Source: a virus
Strand: one strand, 5' to 3'
IMG/VR virus record: IMGVR_UViG_3300037470_000856
Span: 1 to 64,000 of that record
Length of the DNA: 64,000 nt
Shown here: piece after piece, positions 18,477 through 29,200 of the stretch
Numbering within the stretch: position 1 is the stretch's first letter
Layout of the letters: each line of letters starts with the position of its first letter
Notes under the pieces: model-generated
Told to the model about the DNA's origin: nothing
The model's database searches: none
What the model saw: the letters and a program-made list of their open reading frames with translations, nothing else
Made by a program: the position numbers and the translations under genes

Positions 18477-21400
18477 CTATCCCTCCTCGTCATCGAGCAC
18501 CGACGGGAGATCATCGGGGTGGGCGGTGGTGGGCGGGTTCTCAGGCGACACCGTCCCTGCGCTCTGCGGAGAGGGAACTCGACCTCCTCCGGGCAGCGGA
18601 GACCCGATGTCCACGGCCTGGATGCCCGCATTCTGTGCGTCGTCAAACGCCTGAGCGTCGGGCTGCTCTCCCTCGAGAAGCGAGCCGGCCACTCGCTTCT
18701 CCTGCTCGACGCCCTCGGGAGACATCTGGATGATCGTCTCGCTCTGCTGCGCGGTGGCCTTGTCCTCCATCTGGTCCACGCCGTCGACCGTGATGAAGTT
18801 CTCCCGGGCGTAGGCGGCCATCGTGACGTCCGCGTACGATCCTCGACAGATGCACGCCTCTCCGGCGCGCGCGCGCAGGTGTGACGTGAGGTCCGCGAGT
18901 TGGTAGGCGGCGTTCGCCGCCGTGGTCTTGAAAACGGGGCTTTTGCCGAAGTTCACGGCGAAGTTCACGAAGTTGCGGGCGAACTGCGTGTCGGTGATGT
19001 CGAACGACTCCTGCTTAAGCACGTTAGGGTCGTCCCCGTTCACGGTGAGGAGCTCGTGCAGGACGTCCTGACCCGTGCTGGTCTGCCCAAGCTCGGTCAC
19101 GACCTGTGCAAGGTCCTGCACGGACTGCTCCACCTGGTTGCGCTCGCGCTCGCTGAGGCCGACCTTCTGAACCACGTCGCCGGGACCCACGACCGCCTCG
19201 CCGGTGGTCTGCGTGTCCCGGCCTAAGAACGCGACGTCTTCTCGAAGCGGCTCCTGTCGCTGGTCGAGCACGAACTCGACCATCTTGGCCGCGGCCTCCT
19301 GAGCGCCGCGGAGAACCTGGTTGAACGCGCCCGCCGAGCTGTGTGTGCGCCCTTGCTTGGTCAGCGTCAGTACCCGGAGGAACTCCTCCGCTGTCTGGGC
19401 GGTGACATTCTTGAACGGGTCCTGGCCGCTGTGGATGAACTCGAAAGTGCCGCCCTGCTCCACCGAGAGACCACGACCGTAGCGGTAGGCTCCGTAGTGC
19501 ACGTAACCTTTCTCGTCGGAGACGGGGAACACCGGGGTGTGGATGGGCTTGTCGATCTTGCCCTGGTTCGGCGTGGACTCGATGACGGTGTTCTCGAGGA
19601 TCATCGTAAGCACCTGCGCGATGCCGATCGCCTTGGCCCCGGCCCGGTTGAACGCTTGGCCGATCAGCGCGAGGCGCTGGTCCTTGGCGGGGTTGCCGTC
19701 GACCTCTCCGGCGGGAGTCAGGGCCGCCGTGGTCACCTGCTGGAATTTCGCCTCCATCTGACGGACGATGCTCGCCGCGTAGTTCGACCCGGCGACCACA
19801 GCCGCTCGTGTGTTCGTCTGCCCGATGTCGGTCTGCGGGCCTCCCGGGACGTATCCGGGGAGCGTAACCATGTCTCGAATCTGGAACGGAGCGAGAAGGT
19901 ACTCGTCGGCCGTCCCAAACTTCGCCTCAATGTCGGGGAGCACGGGCGCCGGGATGGCGCTCGTGGGCATCACGAGCACATCGGGGAACTCGGTGAGAGG
20001 GATCATCGTGTCGTCCCCGGGGATGCCCTTCTCAAACGTCGGAATGGGGATGGACGCCAGGTCGTCTCGAATCTGGTTGTAGAGATCCTCGAACACGTCG
20101 GAGAGCGTCTGCGTGTCGTCGTCGAGTTCCTGCGCCGCCTCGCGGAACTTGTTCGCCAGCACCCCCTGGAGTCCCTGCGCGTTGAAACTCGTGCGCCCGG
20201 TTTGCCCCGATGGCCCGACGACCTGCGTGAACTTGGCGACGCGGTGACGCACGAAGGAGATCGACTGGATCTGGTCCGTCGTGAGGACGCGAGGCGTCCT
20301 CTGAGGGCCCAGCGCGATCTGGATGCCCTGGTTCACACGTCCCACCCCAAACTCGGCCTCGGGAGCACGCATCGCGCTGTCGGGTTTCGAGACCGTCGGT
20401 TTGAACTGCACCACGAGGCGCTCCGCGTCGGTGGACAGGGGACGTTCCGTGATGGACGGTGCGACCGGCTGCGACGTCTGCGTGGACTGAGGAGGAGGCA
20501 GCGTGGGAGAGGCATCCTGCGGAGTCGTGCTCGGACCCAAACCGAGCTCGAGTTTGTCGATCGGGGGACGGCTCTTGCCGGTGTACTTGGCTCCGAACTG
20601 AGACCAAGGGGGAGGCTTGGGGAGCCCCTTCGTCCAGCCGCCCGTTCCCGCGGGCAGAGGTGCGGTGTCCCCCCCCTTCGTTCCGGTGACGGGGTCGGCC
20701 ACGCCGATCCGCTTGAAGAACTTCTTGCGCTTCTTGAAACTCCTGGCGTAGGCCCCGGACCCCGGCTTCCCCTTGATCTGGGGCGCGTCGAGACGTCCCT
20801 GCTCGTACGCCTCGCGCTTGTCTGTGCCCTGCTGACGAAGCGCCTCCCGAGACTCCCGGGGCCGTCGGTCGACGTGCACGAACGTGTCGCTGCTGAGGAT
20901 GTAGAAGCCAATCCCCTGCACGAGCCCCTCGTTCAGGGCTACGGCGACCTCTCGACGCAGCACGCCGATGGCGACCTGGAACTGAGGAGTCACGCCCTTC
21001 GCCGCGGCCGCCTTGTTGCCTCCGTTGGCGAACGTGATGTCGATTGCATTGCCCTGAGAGTGATACGCCTCCGCGCTGGAGGGTTCGAGAGAGGGACGAA
21101 ACCCGGAGAGGAGTTTCGGCTTTTCGAGGACAAAGCCGTCGCTGTCTCGAGACGCCTTCTGGTAGTCAGCGTCGGCCAAGATACGGTTCACGATGGTGTT
21201 CCCCACCGACACGATGTCCATGAGGTTCTGGGCGATGCGCTCATCCATGAGCGCGTCGGCGGCGTTGCGTCGCTCTTTCGTGAGCCCGAGCAGTTTCCGC
21301 ATCTCCTGGTCCATGGCCTGAGGATCGAGCCAGTTGTCGATGCCGGGCAGCGTGTCCAGGGCGTCGCGAATGGTGGAGAACAGGCTGTTGCCCGAAGGGA

Positions 21401-24095
21401 AGAAGGACGTCGAGGCCGAAGTCTGACGTCGGGTGCCTCCGCTGCGCCGCTGGCTCCCGGTGGCCGAACTACCCCCCTTAGCGCGCTCTCCGTCGTCCCA
21501 CTCGATGATCGGCATCCCCTGCTGAGACGTGAACGGGTGCGAGCACGAGAAGTAGCGGTAGTTGCCCGGCACGCTGCCCGCCAAGTACTGCGACTTGAGG
21601 TGCGAGAGCGTCTCGAAATAGGAGAGTTGCACGTCCGAGCCCGCAATGCCGTCGACCTTACGCCGAATCGGCTTGTTGCTCTCGGGCTGGAGCGCGTCGA
21701 AGATCATCGTCAGGAGTTGGAGACTCCCGCTCTCGCCGAGCGTCTGGTGGAACTTGCGTTCCTCGTTGAGCACGTTGGCGTCTCGGAAGTCGAAGGCGGC
21801 CAGTGCGGGTGTGCGTGCCGTCCCGGTCGCGGCCCCCTGCTGCTGCCGCACGGGATCGAACGCGTTGTCGGCAGACGTGGCTCTCGTCACCTGCTCCTGC
21901 GCGGAATTCCTCTCGGCCCGCGCGCTATCCAGAGGATCGGAGGCCGACTTGTAATCCCCGAAGGCTCGGACGAGGTCGTCGAGGCTGAACTCGATGAATT
22001 CGTTGTCGCCGTAGCGAAAGCGGAACCGCTGGATCTGTCGCGGGTCGGCGATGATCTGCGTGCCGTCGGGCAGAGTCTCGTACCCCACGGCCTCAAAGGC
22101 GTTGAGGGACGCGACGTCGCGCTGCAGCCACCCGAACAGAAGGTCCGCCGAGGTTCGCTTGTCGAACTGGTCGAAGTAGTCGATGCCCGCTCCCACGACC
22201 GAGAAGTTCGGGTTGACCTGCCGCGGGTCGAGGGCCATCACCACGTTTGGGAACCCGACGATACGAGGGATGCCGTTCTGGAAGATCTCGAGCGGTCGGG
22301 GCGGAAGGTCGGGACGGTCGAGGCGGATCTTGACGACCGCGCTCTGCCCATCGGGAGCGGGCTCGAGGTACCCGGGCGCATGCCACTTGGCGCGTCGGCA
22401 GGTGAGCACGAGGTTGGTTGTGCACTTCCCTCCGAACACGAAGGAGAGGCTGAGCTGCGAAATGTAATAGTAGCAGTCCGCGAACGGGATGTAGACCGGG
22501 AACCCGGGACGTATCTCGGGCCGGATGGGGATCGTGGCGGACGCGCTGAAAGTGTCCACGTTGAGCATGTCGAGCCGAGCCACGCCGATCCAGAAGAGGA
22601 TCTTCGGGTCGGTCACGTAGGTCAGGTCGAGGGACGGGGCCGGGCGCCACCCAAACTGCGCCACGAGTTTGTAGTCAATGTAGAGGCCGCGCTTCTCGGT
22701 GGTGGGGTCCCCTCCTGCGACCCCCTCGGCCTTGAGCCCCTCGAACCACACGCCGCGCACGATGATGTACGTGGCGGTGGGCTCCTTCTCCGTGAAGGTG
22801 ATGTTGATGATGTCGGAATCCTCAAGCCGGTAGTAGCGGTTCGTGGCCGTGTCGAGGTTCCAGAACGGAGGCTTGAACACCAGGTCTCCGTCGACGTCCT
22901 GGTAGAACTCGTAGCCCGTCACCTCCATCACGCGCTGCGCGACGTTCATTTTGGTCTGGTACGTCGAGACCCACAGGTTCGGCGTCCCGATCTCCGCGAT
23001 GGACTGATCAAACGCGTACATGTCGAGGACCGACAGGTTGAACAGTTCATTGTTCTGGCCAATGAGGGGCGAGTAGATGAAGTCCGCTCCAGCCCCCTGG
23101 AGGCCCAGAGCCTTGGCCACCGACTGGCGAGAGGACAGGGGGTCGGTCTCGGTGCGTGTCGTGGACGGGTCGTTGTACGTCGGGCTCGGGAGCAACCCTT
23201 CGCCGTCGCGGGTGTCGGCCCCTCCGAGCCACGCCTGCTGCGCGGCGTTGAATAGCTGCCCGTTGGTGCCGTACATACGCAGGGTCTGGATGCGCGTCTT
23301 GAACCTCTGCTCCCAGTACAGCGAAACCATGTCGTAGAGTTGGCGTCCGGTCTCGGTCTGCGCGGCGCTGAGGTTGCTCTCCTTGTCGAGGGCGTAATCG
23401 ACTCCCGCGGCCGACCCCGCCACGTCCCTGTACAGGGTGTAAATGATCGAGAACGGGTGGACGTTGTTGAAATTGTGGCCGAAGAGGGTGGGACGGCCGG
23501 GGTCGTTGTACGGGCGGTCCTCCTGCGCCATGAAGGCGCCGCCCGTCGTGATGTTGATGAAGTTCCAGAAGTGCAGCAGAGACGCGCAGGTCAGGGAGCC
23601 GGTGTAGAAGCCGTCCGAGTACTCGTAGCTGACCTGCGTGATCACGCCGTGGAAGGCTGGGTAGTACGGGTAGGTCGCGTACTTGGACAGGTCGAGCTGG
23701 TCGTTGTCCGTGGGATTGGCGAACTGGATGTCGCGGCCCGCTTGCGGATCCGAAAGATGCCTGAACATGCCGCGCACCGGGAAGAACCCGCGCATGAAAA
23801 TGTGCACCTCGAGGCCGGCCCGGAGGATGTTGTAGCCGTCGATGAAGACCTGCTCGCCCTGCACCCGCGGGAGCGTGAGGTTGATCGTCGCCGAGTGGGA
23901 CGTGGGCTCGGTGCCCGCGTCCACGGAGATCGACGTGACGAACTTCTGCACCTCGATGCGACCGCGGCAGCGAGCGCACCCGGGCATCGATGTGTCTCCG
24001 TTGATGAAGACCAGCGCGTCGGGCGTGTACTTGACGACCGAGCGGTTGTTGAGTTTCCAGGTGCCAACGTAGGGCCTGTTCTGGATGTTGCTCAT
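18477..24095 (-). CDS. Baseplate hub protein (gp27/gp44-like, 1872 aa) with inserted peptidase M15-like domain
   Basis: Hub-like motifs (YEFYQDVDGDLVFKPPFWN; ATIPIRPEIRPGFPVY). Internal SGFR..H..GNAID..GIGFY..FVHVDRR is M15 zinc-peptidase-like. Confidence 0.75.
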   Translation of the reverse strand: MSNIQNRPYVGTWKLNNRSVVKYTPDALVFINGDTSMPGCARCRGRIEVQKFVTSISVDAGTEPTSHSATINLTLPRVQGEQVFIDGYNILRAGLEVHIFMRGFFPVRGMFRHLSDPQAGRDIQFANPTDNDQLDLSKYATYPYYPAFHGVITQVSYEYSDGFYTGSLTCASLLHFWNFINITTGGAFMAQEDRPYNDPGRPTLFGHNFNNVHPFSIIYTLYRDVAGSAAGVDYALDKESNLSAAQTETGRQLYDMVSLYWEQRFKTRIQTLRMYGTNGQLFNAAQQAWLGGADTRDGEGLLPSPTYNDPSTTRTETDPLSSRQSVAKALGLQGAGADFIYSPLIGQNNELFNLSVLDMYAFDQSIAEIGTPNLWVSTYQTKMNVAQRVMEVTGYEFYQDVDGDLVFKPPFWNLDTATNRYYRLEDSDIINITFTEKEPTATYIIVRGVWFEGLKAEGVAGGDPTTEKRGLYIDYKLVAQFGWRPAPSLDLTYVTDPKILFWIGVARLDMLNVDTFSASATIPIRPEIRPGFPVYIPFADCYYYISQLSLSFVFGGKCTTNLVLTCRRAKWHAPGYLEPAPDGQSAVVKIRLDRPDLPPRPLEIFQNGIPRIVGFPNVVMALDPRQVNPNFSVVGAGIDYFDQFDKRTSADLLFGWLQRDVASLNAFEAVGYETLPDGTQIIADPRQIQRFRFRYGDNEFIEFSLDDLVRAFGDYKSASDPLDSARAERNSAQEQVTRATSADNAFDPVRQQQGAATGTARTPALAAFDFRDANVLNEERKFHQTLGESGSLQLLTMIFDALQPESNKPIRRKVDGIAGSDVQLSYFETLSHLKSQYLAGSVPGNYRYFSCSHPFTSQQGMPIIEWDDGERAKGGSSATGSQRRSGGTRRQTSASTSFFPSGNSLFSTIRDALDTLPGIDNWLDPQAMDQEMRKLLGLTKERRNAADALMDERIAQNLMDIVSVGNTIVNRILADADYQKASRDSDGFVLEKPKLLSGFRPSLEPSSAEAYHSQGNAIDITFANGGNKAAAAKGVTPQFQVAIGVLRREVAVALNEGLVQGIGFYILSSDTFVHVDRRPRESREALRQQGTDKREAYEQGRLDAPQIKGKPGSGAYARSFKKRKKFFKRIGVADPVTGTKGGDTAPLPAGTGGWTKGLPKPPPWSQFGAKYTGKSRPPIDKLELGLGPSTTPQDASPTLPPPQSTQTSQPVAPSITERPLSTDAERLVVQFKPTVSKPDSAMRAPEAEFGVGRVNQGIQIALGPQRTPRVLTTDQIQSISFVRHRVAKFTQVVGPSGQTGRTSFNAQGLQGVLANKFREAAQELDDDTQTLSDVFEDLYNQIRDDLASIPIPTFEKGIPGDDTMIPLTEFPDVLVMPTSAIPAPVLPDIEAKFGTADEYLLAPFQIRDMVTLPGYVPGGPQTDIGQTNTRAAVVAGSNYAASIVRQMEAKFQQVTTAALTPAGEVDGNPAKDQRLALIGQAFNRAGAKAIGIAQVLTMILENTVIESTPNQGKIDKPIHTPVFPVSDEKGYVHYGAYRYGRGLSVEQGGTFEFIHSGQDPFKNVTAQTAEEFLRVLTLTKQGRTHSSAGAFNQVLRGAQEAAAKMVEFVLDQRQEPLREDVAFLGRDTQTTGEAVVGPGDVVQKVGLSERERNQVEQSVQDLAQVVTELGQTSTGQDVLHELLTVNGDDPNVLKQESFDITDTQFARNFVNFAVNFGKSPVFKTTAANAAYQLADLTSHLRARAGEACICRGSYADVTMAAYARENFITVDGVDQMEDKATAQQSETIIQMSPEGVEQEKRVAGSLLEGEQPDAQAFDDAQNAGIQAVDIGSPLPGGGRVPSPQSAGTVSPENPPTTAHPDDLPSVLDDEEG

Positions 24096-24098
24096 GGG

Positions 24099-25523
24099 CT
24101 ACCCGACCTCCCCGAACGGGTTGACCGTGCTCGTGCGCCCGCGCGTGCCCGTGCCGGCGGCCGCACGTCTCTGGAGGGCCGGGTCGAACGGGTCGACGGA
24201 GGGGTCGAGGATGGCCGTGGACGTGTCCGCGTCCGGGGTCATCTCGAGGCCGCGCGCCGCGCGGGTCTGAGGAGGAGGCATGAAGGGGGTTCCGCCTCGG
24301 GTGGCGGCGCTCGGAGACGGGGTAGGAGACGCGAGAGGTTCGACAGCGCCGCCCTGCGAAAGGTCGAACATGAAGGAGGCGGTGAAGTCGAAGCTGAACT
24401 CTACCGCCCCGTGCTGCTTGCCCTCCGAGTACGTGTACTGGAAGTTCTCGAACTGGCCGACGTACACCCACTGGTCGTAGGTAATCTCGATGTTGCCGAT
24501 GAACAGGTGCGCCTCGGAGCGCGGGCGCCCTCCCGTGTCGTAGATGTATCCGTTGTTCCGGTAAAGAGCGAAGAGCCCCATCAGGTTCTGCCACGCCGCC
24601 GAATCCCACTTGGACGCGTATTGGTAGCCGCTGACGGAGGTCGTCTCCGAGGGGGTCTTGACGTTCCCGGTGGCGGTCTCGCGGAGTTGCGTTTGCCCTG
24701 ATGTGTCAAGGTCGTAGGCTCCAATCTGTCCGGCCCCGACGACGAATCCCGCGGACTTGCCGGTGATGCTCAGTTTCACCTGCTCCTCGCCCCAACTCTG
24801 GAAAATGTAATTGAACCTGTTGCGGTCCGAGTAGGTCTGCTTCTTCGCGTACTGGATCTGGAGCGTCTCGGGGTTCACCAGCAGCGTGAGCGGCGGGGTG
24901 TCGAGGACGCGGTTGAGTTGCACGATGACGTCGAGCGCCTGAGTCAGGTCCGAGACAGCGGCCTGGTTGGCCTGCGACGCCTCGACGCGCTGCGGATCGA
25001 AGCGGACCCCGTTGGACGCCACCATCTTGTCGAGGCGTGTCAGGGTGGCTCCTCGCGTGGGGCCCGTGGCGAAGAAGTTGGACTGGCGGAACTGGTTCCG
25101 GCTGGCGACCACCCTCGAGAAGTTGTTCTGCGAGCGCGAGGCTGCCTCGATAATGCCGATGTTCTGGCCGCCGTTGGTGGGAGGCCTGGTGCCGAGGAGC
25201 CCCTGTCTCGCGGTCTCGATCTGTTCGGGCGTCGCGTTGGGGTCGTTGAGCAGCACCTGGAGGTTGGCCTCCGCGGCGTTGAATGCCTGCCGCAGGAGGG
25301 GATCGAAGGCGTCCAGGGTCTGCGCCTCGCCCTTCCCGAGCAGGGCGTCGACCAGGATCGGTGGCGGGACGACGCGGAGGGTGAACGGAGACCCGAGGTT
25401 CGGGTCGCGCAAGCGCTGCTTGGTCCCGTCGATGGCGTGAGACTGTGGGCCGATGTAATCTCGGTGCCAGTTGGGGCCGGCCTCGATGCCGCCGTAGGCG
25501 GAAAGCGGACGGAAGCGGGCCAT
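24099..25523 (-). CDS. Baseplate/tail-tube initiator-like protein (474 aa)
   Basis: LLVNPETLQIQYAKKQ..QSWGEEQ..YVGQFENF resembles the adjacent 258-aa protein. Lies between tape measure and hub. Confidence 0.6.
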   Translation of the reverse strand: MARFRPLSAYGGIEAGPNWHRDYIGPQSHAIDGTKQRLRDPNLGSPFTLRVVPPPILVDALLGKGEAQTLDAFDPLLRQAFNAAEANLQVLLNDPNATPEQIETARQGLLGTRPPTNGGQNIGIIEAASRSQNNFSRVVASRNQFRQSNFFATGPTRGATLTRLDKMVASNGVRFDPQRVEASQANQAAVSDLTQALDVIVQLNRVLDTPPLTLLVNPETLQIQYAKKQTYSDRNRFNYIFQSWGEEQVKLSITGKSAGFVVGAGQIGAYDLDTSGQTQLRETATGNVKTPSETTSVSGYQYASKWDSAAWQNLMGLFALYRNNGYIYDTGGRPRSEAHLFIGNIEITYDQWVYVGQFENFQYTYSEGKQHGAVEFSFDFTASFMFDLSQGGAVEPLASPTPSPSAATRGGTPFMPPPQTRAARGLEMTPDADTSTAILDPSVDPFDPALQRRAAAGTGTRGRTSTVNPFGEVG

Positions 25524-26299
25524 CAGAAGAACTCCTCCCCGGCCTGGTCGCGTCCGAGCAGCCCGATAAGGCTGCCGTCGGTCTCGAGCCGCCCGACCTG
25601 CACGTTGGGATCAAGGATGCTCGTGCCGGTGTCGGGCTGCGGCGTGTCTCCGAGCCCTCCGGGCACCACGGCGGCCTGTGCCCCGAAGTCGAACAGGTCG
25701 GCGGAGCGGAACCGCATGATCTCGCGGTCGATGATGAACCGCGCGCTCATGTTGAACATGTAGGGTGTCGAGGCGTCCTCCGTGACGCTGAACCCCCCGT
25801 CGAACCAACCGATGTGCACGCCCCCGTCGAACGTCATCTTGATGTAGCCCTGGAGCACGATGTTCCCGAAGGCGTCGTAGATGGCTCCGTTGTTGTGGAA
25901 CAGGGCGAGCAGGTCGAGGTACTTGTTGTAAGCGAGGGTCTGGCGCCGACCCTGCACCCCGCTGCCTGCTCCGGTGATGCTGGAGAGCCCCGTGTAGAGG
26001 CGCATGAAGCCTCCCGTGGCCGCCTCAAAGGTGATCTCCTCGGCCGCGTCACCCCAGTGGTACTCGACCCACCCTCCGCGCGTCTGCGTGCGCGTGATCT
26101 GCTTGGCGTAGCTGAACTGCATCGTGCGCGGGTTGACGTGCAGCACGAGCCGCAGGTCCTGCTGAACCATGTCGAGCAGGCTCGTCTCCTCGTCGGGGGC
26201 GAGCACGTCGAAGATCACGGGCCTGCGTCCGCGCCCGATGTCGGCCTCGTTGGGGCCGACGAAGGACCCCTTGAACACCGGCTCCGTGATGTCAGGCAC
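25523..26299 (-). CDS. Baseplate/tail-tube initiator-like protein (258 aa)
   Basis: LHVNPRTMQFSYAKQITRTQTRGGWVEYHWGD is tube-fold initiator-like. Immediately downstream of the tape measure gene. Confidence 0.65.
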   Translation of the reverse strand: MPDITEPVFKGSFVGPNEADIGRGRRPVIFDVLAPDEETSLLDMVQQDLRLVLHVNPRTMQFSYAKQITRTQTRGGWVEYHWGDAAEEITFEAATGGFMRLYTGLSSITGAGSGVQGRRQTLAYNKYLDLLALFHNNGAIYDAFGNIVLQGYIKMTFDGGVHIGWFDGGFSVTEDASTPYMFNMSARFIIDREIMRFRSADLFDFGAQAAVVPGGLGDTPQPDTGTSILDPNVQVGRLETDGSLIGLLGRDQAGEEFF

Positions 26300-29200
26300 G
26301 GCCCACCGCCTTGAGCGCCTTCATCACGGTGTCGTACACCTGCCTCTGGTCGCCTCCGTAGATGCTGATGTGGACGTCGCCCCCGCGACCGCCGCCTCCC
26401 ATGGCACCGGCAAGTGGTCCTCCGGGCTTGAACGCCATGAGAGTGTCCCTCTCGTCGGTGAGGATGGGCTGGCCGCCAGCCGCGGGCAGGATGAGATCGT
26501 TGGCCTTCGTCGCGTTTGAGAGATCAAGTCGAATGCCGGTGTCGGCGGCATGCGCCGTCTCGTCCGTGGACTTCGCTATCATCTCAAGGTTGCGGATGAT
26601 CTGCTCGTTAAAGCTGCCGAGCACCGGCATGGTCTCCATGGAGCTGCGAAGCTCGTCAAGCGTGTAGGCGCCCCCCTCGCCGCCACCCGCCGACTGGAGG
26701 AGTTTCGACTTGAAAGCGCCCACGGCGGCTCCGCGGATCTGTTCCCACTCGGTGGCCTCAGTCGTCCAGACACTCTCGACCTCCTCGGCTTTCTTGACCG
26801 CCGCGTCCTCGGCGGCCTTGAACGCTTCGGCAACGGCGTCTTTACCGTAGAGTTTCTCGAACGCCTTTTTTGTTTCCTCGTCCAGGGCCTCGTATCCCTG
26901 GCGCATCTCCTCGGTGATGTCTTCGGCCTCAATGTCCTCGAACACGCCAATGGTCTTCGTGGGGATGTCGGACCACGCGGCGACGATCCCCGAGGACGAT
27001 GCATCGACCTCACCAAACATTTTTTCGATGGTGGCCTCAGCGTACTTGCCCCCGAGCGATGCCTGCTGCTGCGTGATGACCCCGGCCTCGGCCAGCTTCT
27101 GCTCGCCGCGCTGGAGAGTCCTGCCGGCCGGCCCTGTCTTGGCCGCCTTCCACAGGACGTCCGCTCGTTTCGCGTCCTTCTGTGCCCGCTCGGCGTCCTT
27201 ATTGATGGTCTCGCGTTCTTTAAGCAGCTTCTCGCGCTCTTCGCCCTCCGCGGTCCTGAGTTTGACCTCGATAGTCCGCAGGTCGCTGTGCTTCTTCTCG
27301 AGTTCTGCCTGGGTCTTCTCGCGGTACTTCCTGGCCTCCTCGATGGCCTGGACCTTCTCCATCTCCTTCGACCCCATCAGATACTTGCGAGCGATGGCGG
27401 CTACGACCCCGTAGATGTCGTTGAGGATCTTGGCGATCGTCTGCTCCATGATCTCGTTCAGGCCGTAGATGTTCTCGGAGATTCCAACGGCGATCTCCTG
27501 GTCACGGCTGAACTGGTCGGAGAGTTTCTCCCCGCTGTCGACGCTCGAGGTTCGGACAAGGTCCATCGCCTCCGTCATCTCCAAGCCGTCCTTGGTGATC
27601 TTCTCTCCGAGGTCGGTGATCTCGATGCCGAATTTGTCCTCGAGTCGCTGGAGGTAGTCCTGGTCCTCCTGAGCGAGTTTCGTGCGGTCACCCGCGTTCT
27701 TCTTGATCTCCTGCTGGATGCGTTCGAGGTTCTGCCAACGGGCATCCGCCTGCTCAAACAGCTCGACAAGCTGCTCGAGTTTCATCCCCTGAGCATCGGC
27801 GACGCTGGACAGCGCGACGCGGACGGCCCCTTGGTCGCCCCCTGCGCGGGCCTGTCGAGCAACTTCGCCGACGTTGCGACCCTGGAACACCTGCGAGGCG
27901 TTCATCGCCATGGCGATGTCGAAACCGGGGCCCGCGGCGCCCATGGCCTCCATCATCGCTCCCTTGCCTCGTCCCGGAGCGGCGCCGAGACGCTGAGCCG
28001 TTGCGAACCGGCGCATCTCTTCGGGCTTGAAACCTTGACGTTCGAGCTGTTGGCGAAGCTCCTGCTCCGTCATGGAGGTGAGCATCTCGGCCACGTTGGC
28101 GCCTCCGAGACGGTCGCCAAAATCGCGCTGGAGCTCGGACACGCGGAGATCGAACGCTTTTCCCAACTCCTTGGCGACGAGCCCCTCACCTTTCACGATG
28201 ATGTCCTGGAGTTTTTTCTGTTCACCCGCGTCGCGATACTGACCGACAAGGCGCTTAAACGCCTCGGCCCCAACGGTCTCTCCGAGGAGAGAGTCGAAAC
28301 TCGCCAAGAGTTTGGTTGTCTCCTCGAGACGGACGCCGTAGAAGGCCATGCCCGAGGTCGCCGCCGTCACGGAGGCGTAGAACCGCTTGGTCACGAATCC
28401 GGCACGCATCGCCTCGGTCGTGATCCCCGAGAACTGGTCGGCGATCTGCTCGAGCCCCTGGCCCGTCTCGAGCGTAAACTCGCCCATCGTCTGGGCCATC
28501 TGGCTCGAGGAGACCCCAAGCGCGCGCGAATAGGTCAGGGCCGCTCCGAGAGCATCGGCGTATCCCTGGACACGTTGCGCCGCGCTCGTCGTGCCCTCGG
28601 TCATCTTGGCGTAGGTGAATCCGGCCTGGTTGAGCTGCGAGAGGACGGCCTGCTGCTCCTTTGCGCTCGCCCCGAAGTTGAAGAAAACCTCGTTCAGATC
28701 GGCCGTGTTCTCGCGAAGCTCTTGGAGGCGCTCGTTCAGCTTTCCGCTGACGACGTCGACGTGACCGAGCCCGAAGTCCGCCGCACCGGCGGACTCAAGG
28801 AGAGCCTTGTTCATGTCTTTCGCCTTCGACTCGATGTCGGCGAAGATCTTGACGAGGATGACGATGGCCCCTACGACCGCGGCGACGGTGGCGAGGGCCA
28901 TGCCGACCTTTGCCAGCGTCTGGCCCATCTTCGCCATCTGCGCGACCTGTTTCGGGTCTGCTCCGCGGAGACCGGCCTCACGGGCCTTAGCGATCCTGGT
29001 CTCTCCACGCGCCTGGAGACGACCTCCGAGCCCCTTCCCGGCCTGCGCGAGATTACCAAAAAGATCTCCGCCGCTCAAGAGTCCGCGAAGATTCTGTGCT
29101 CCACTCTCCAGCCCTTCGGCGAATCTTTTCGCCCCCTCGCGCTGGGCCTTGGCACCTTGGCGCTGGAGTGCGAGTTCGCGCTGGAACTCCTTGTATCGCT

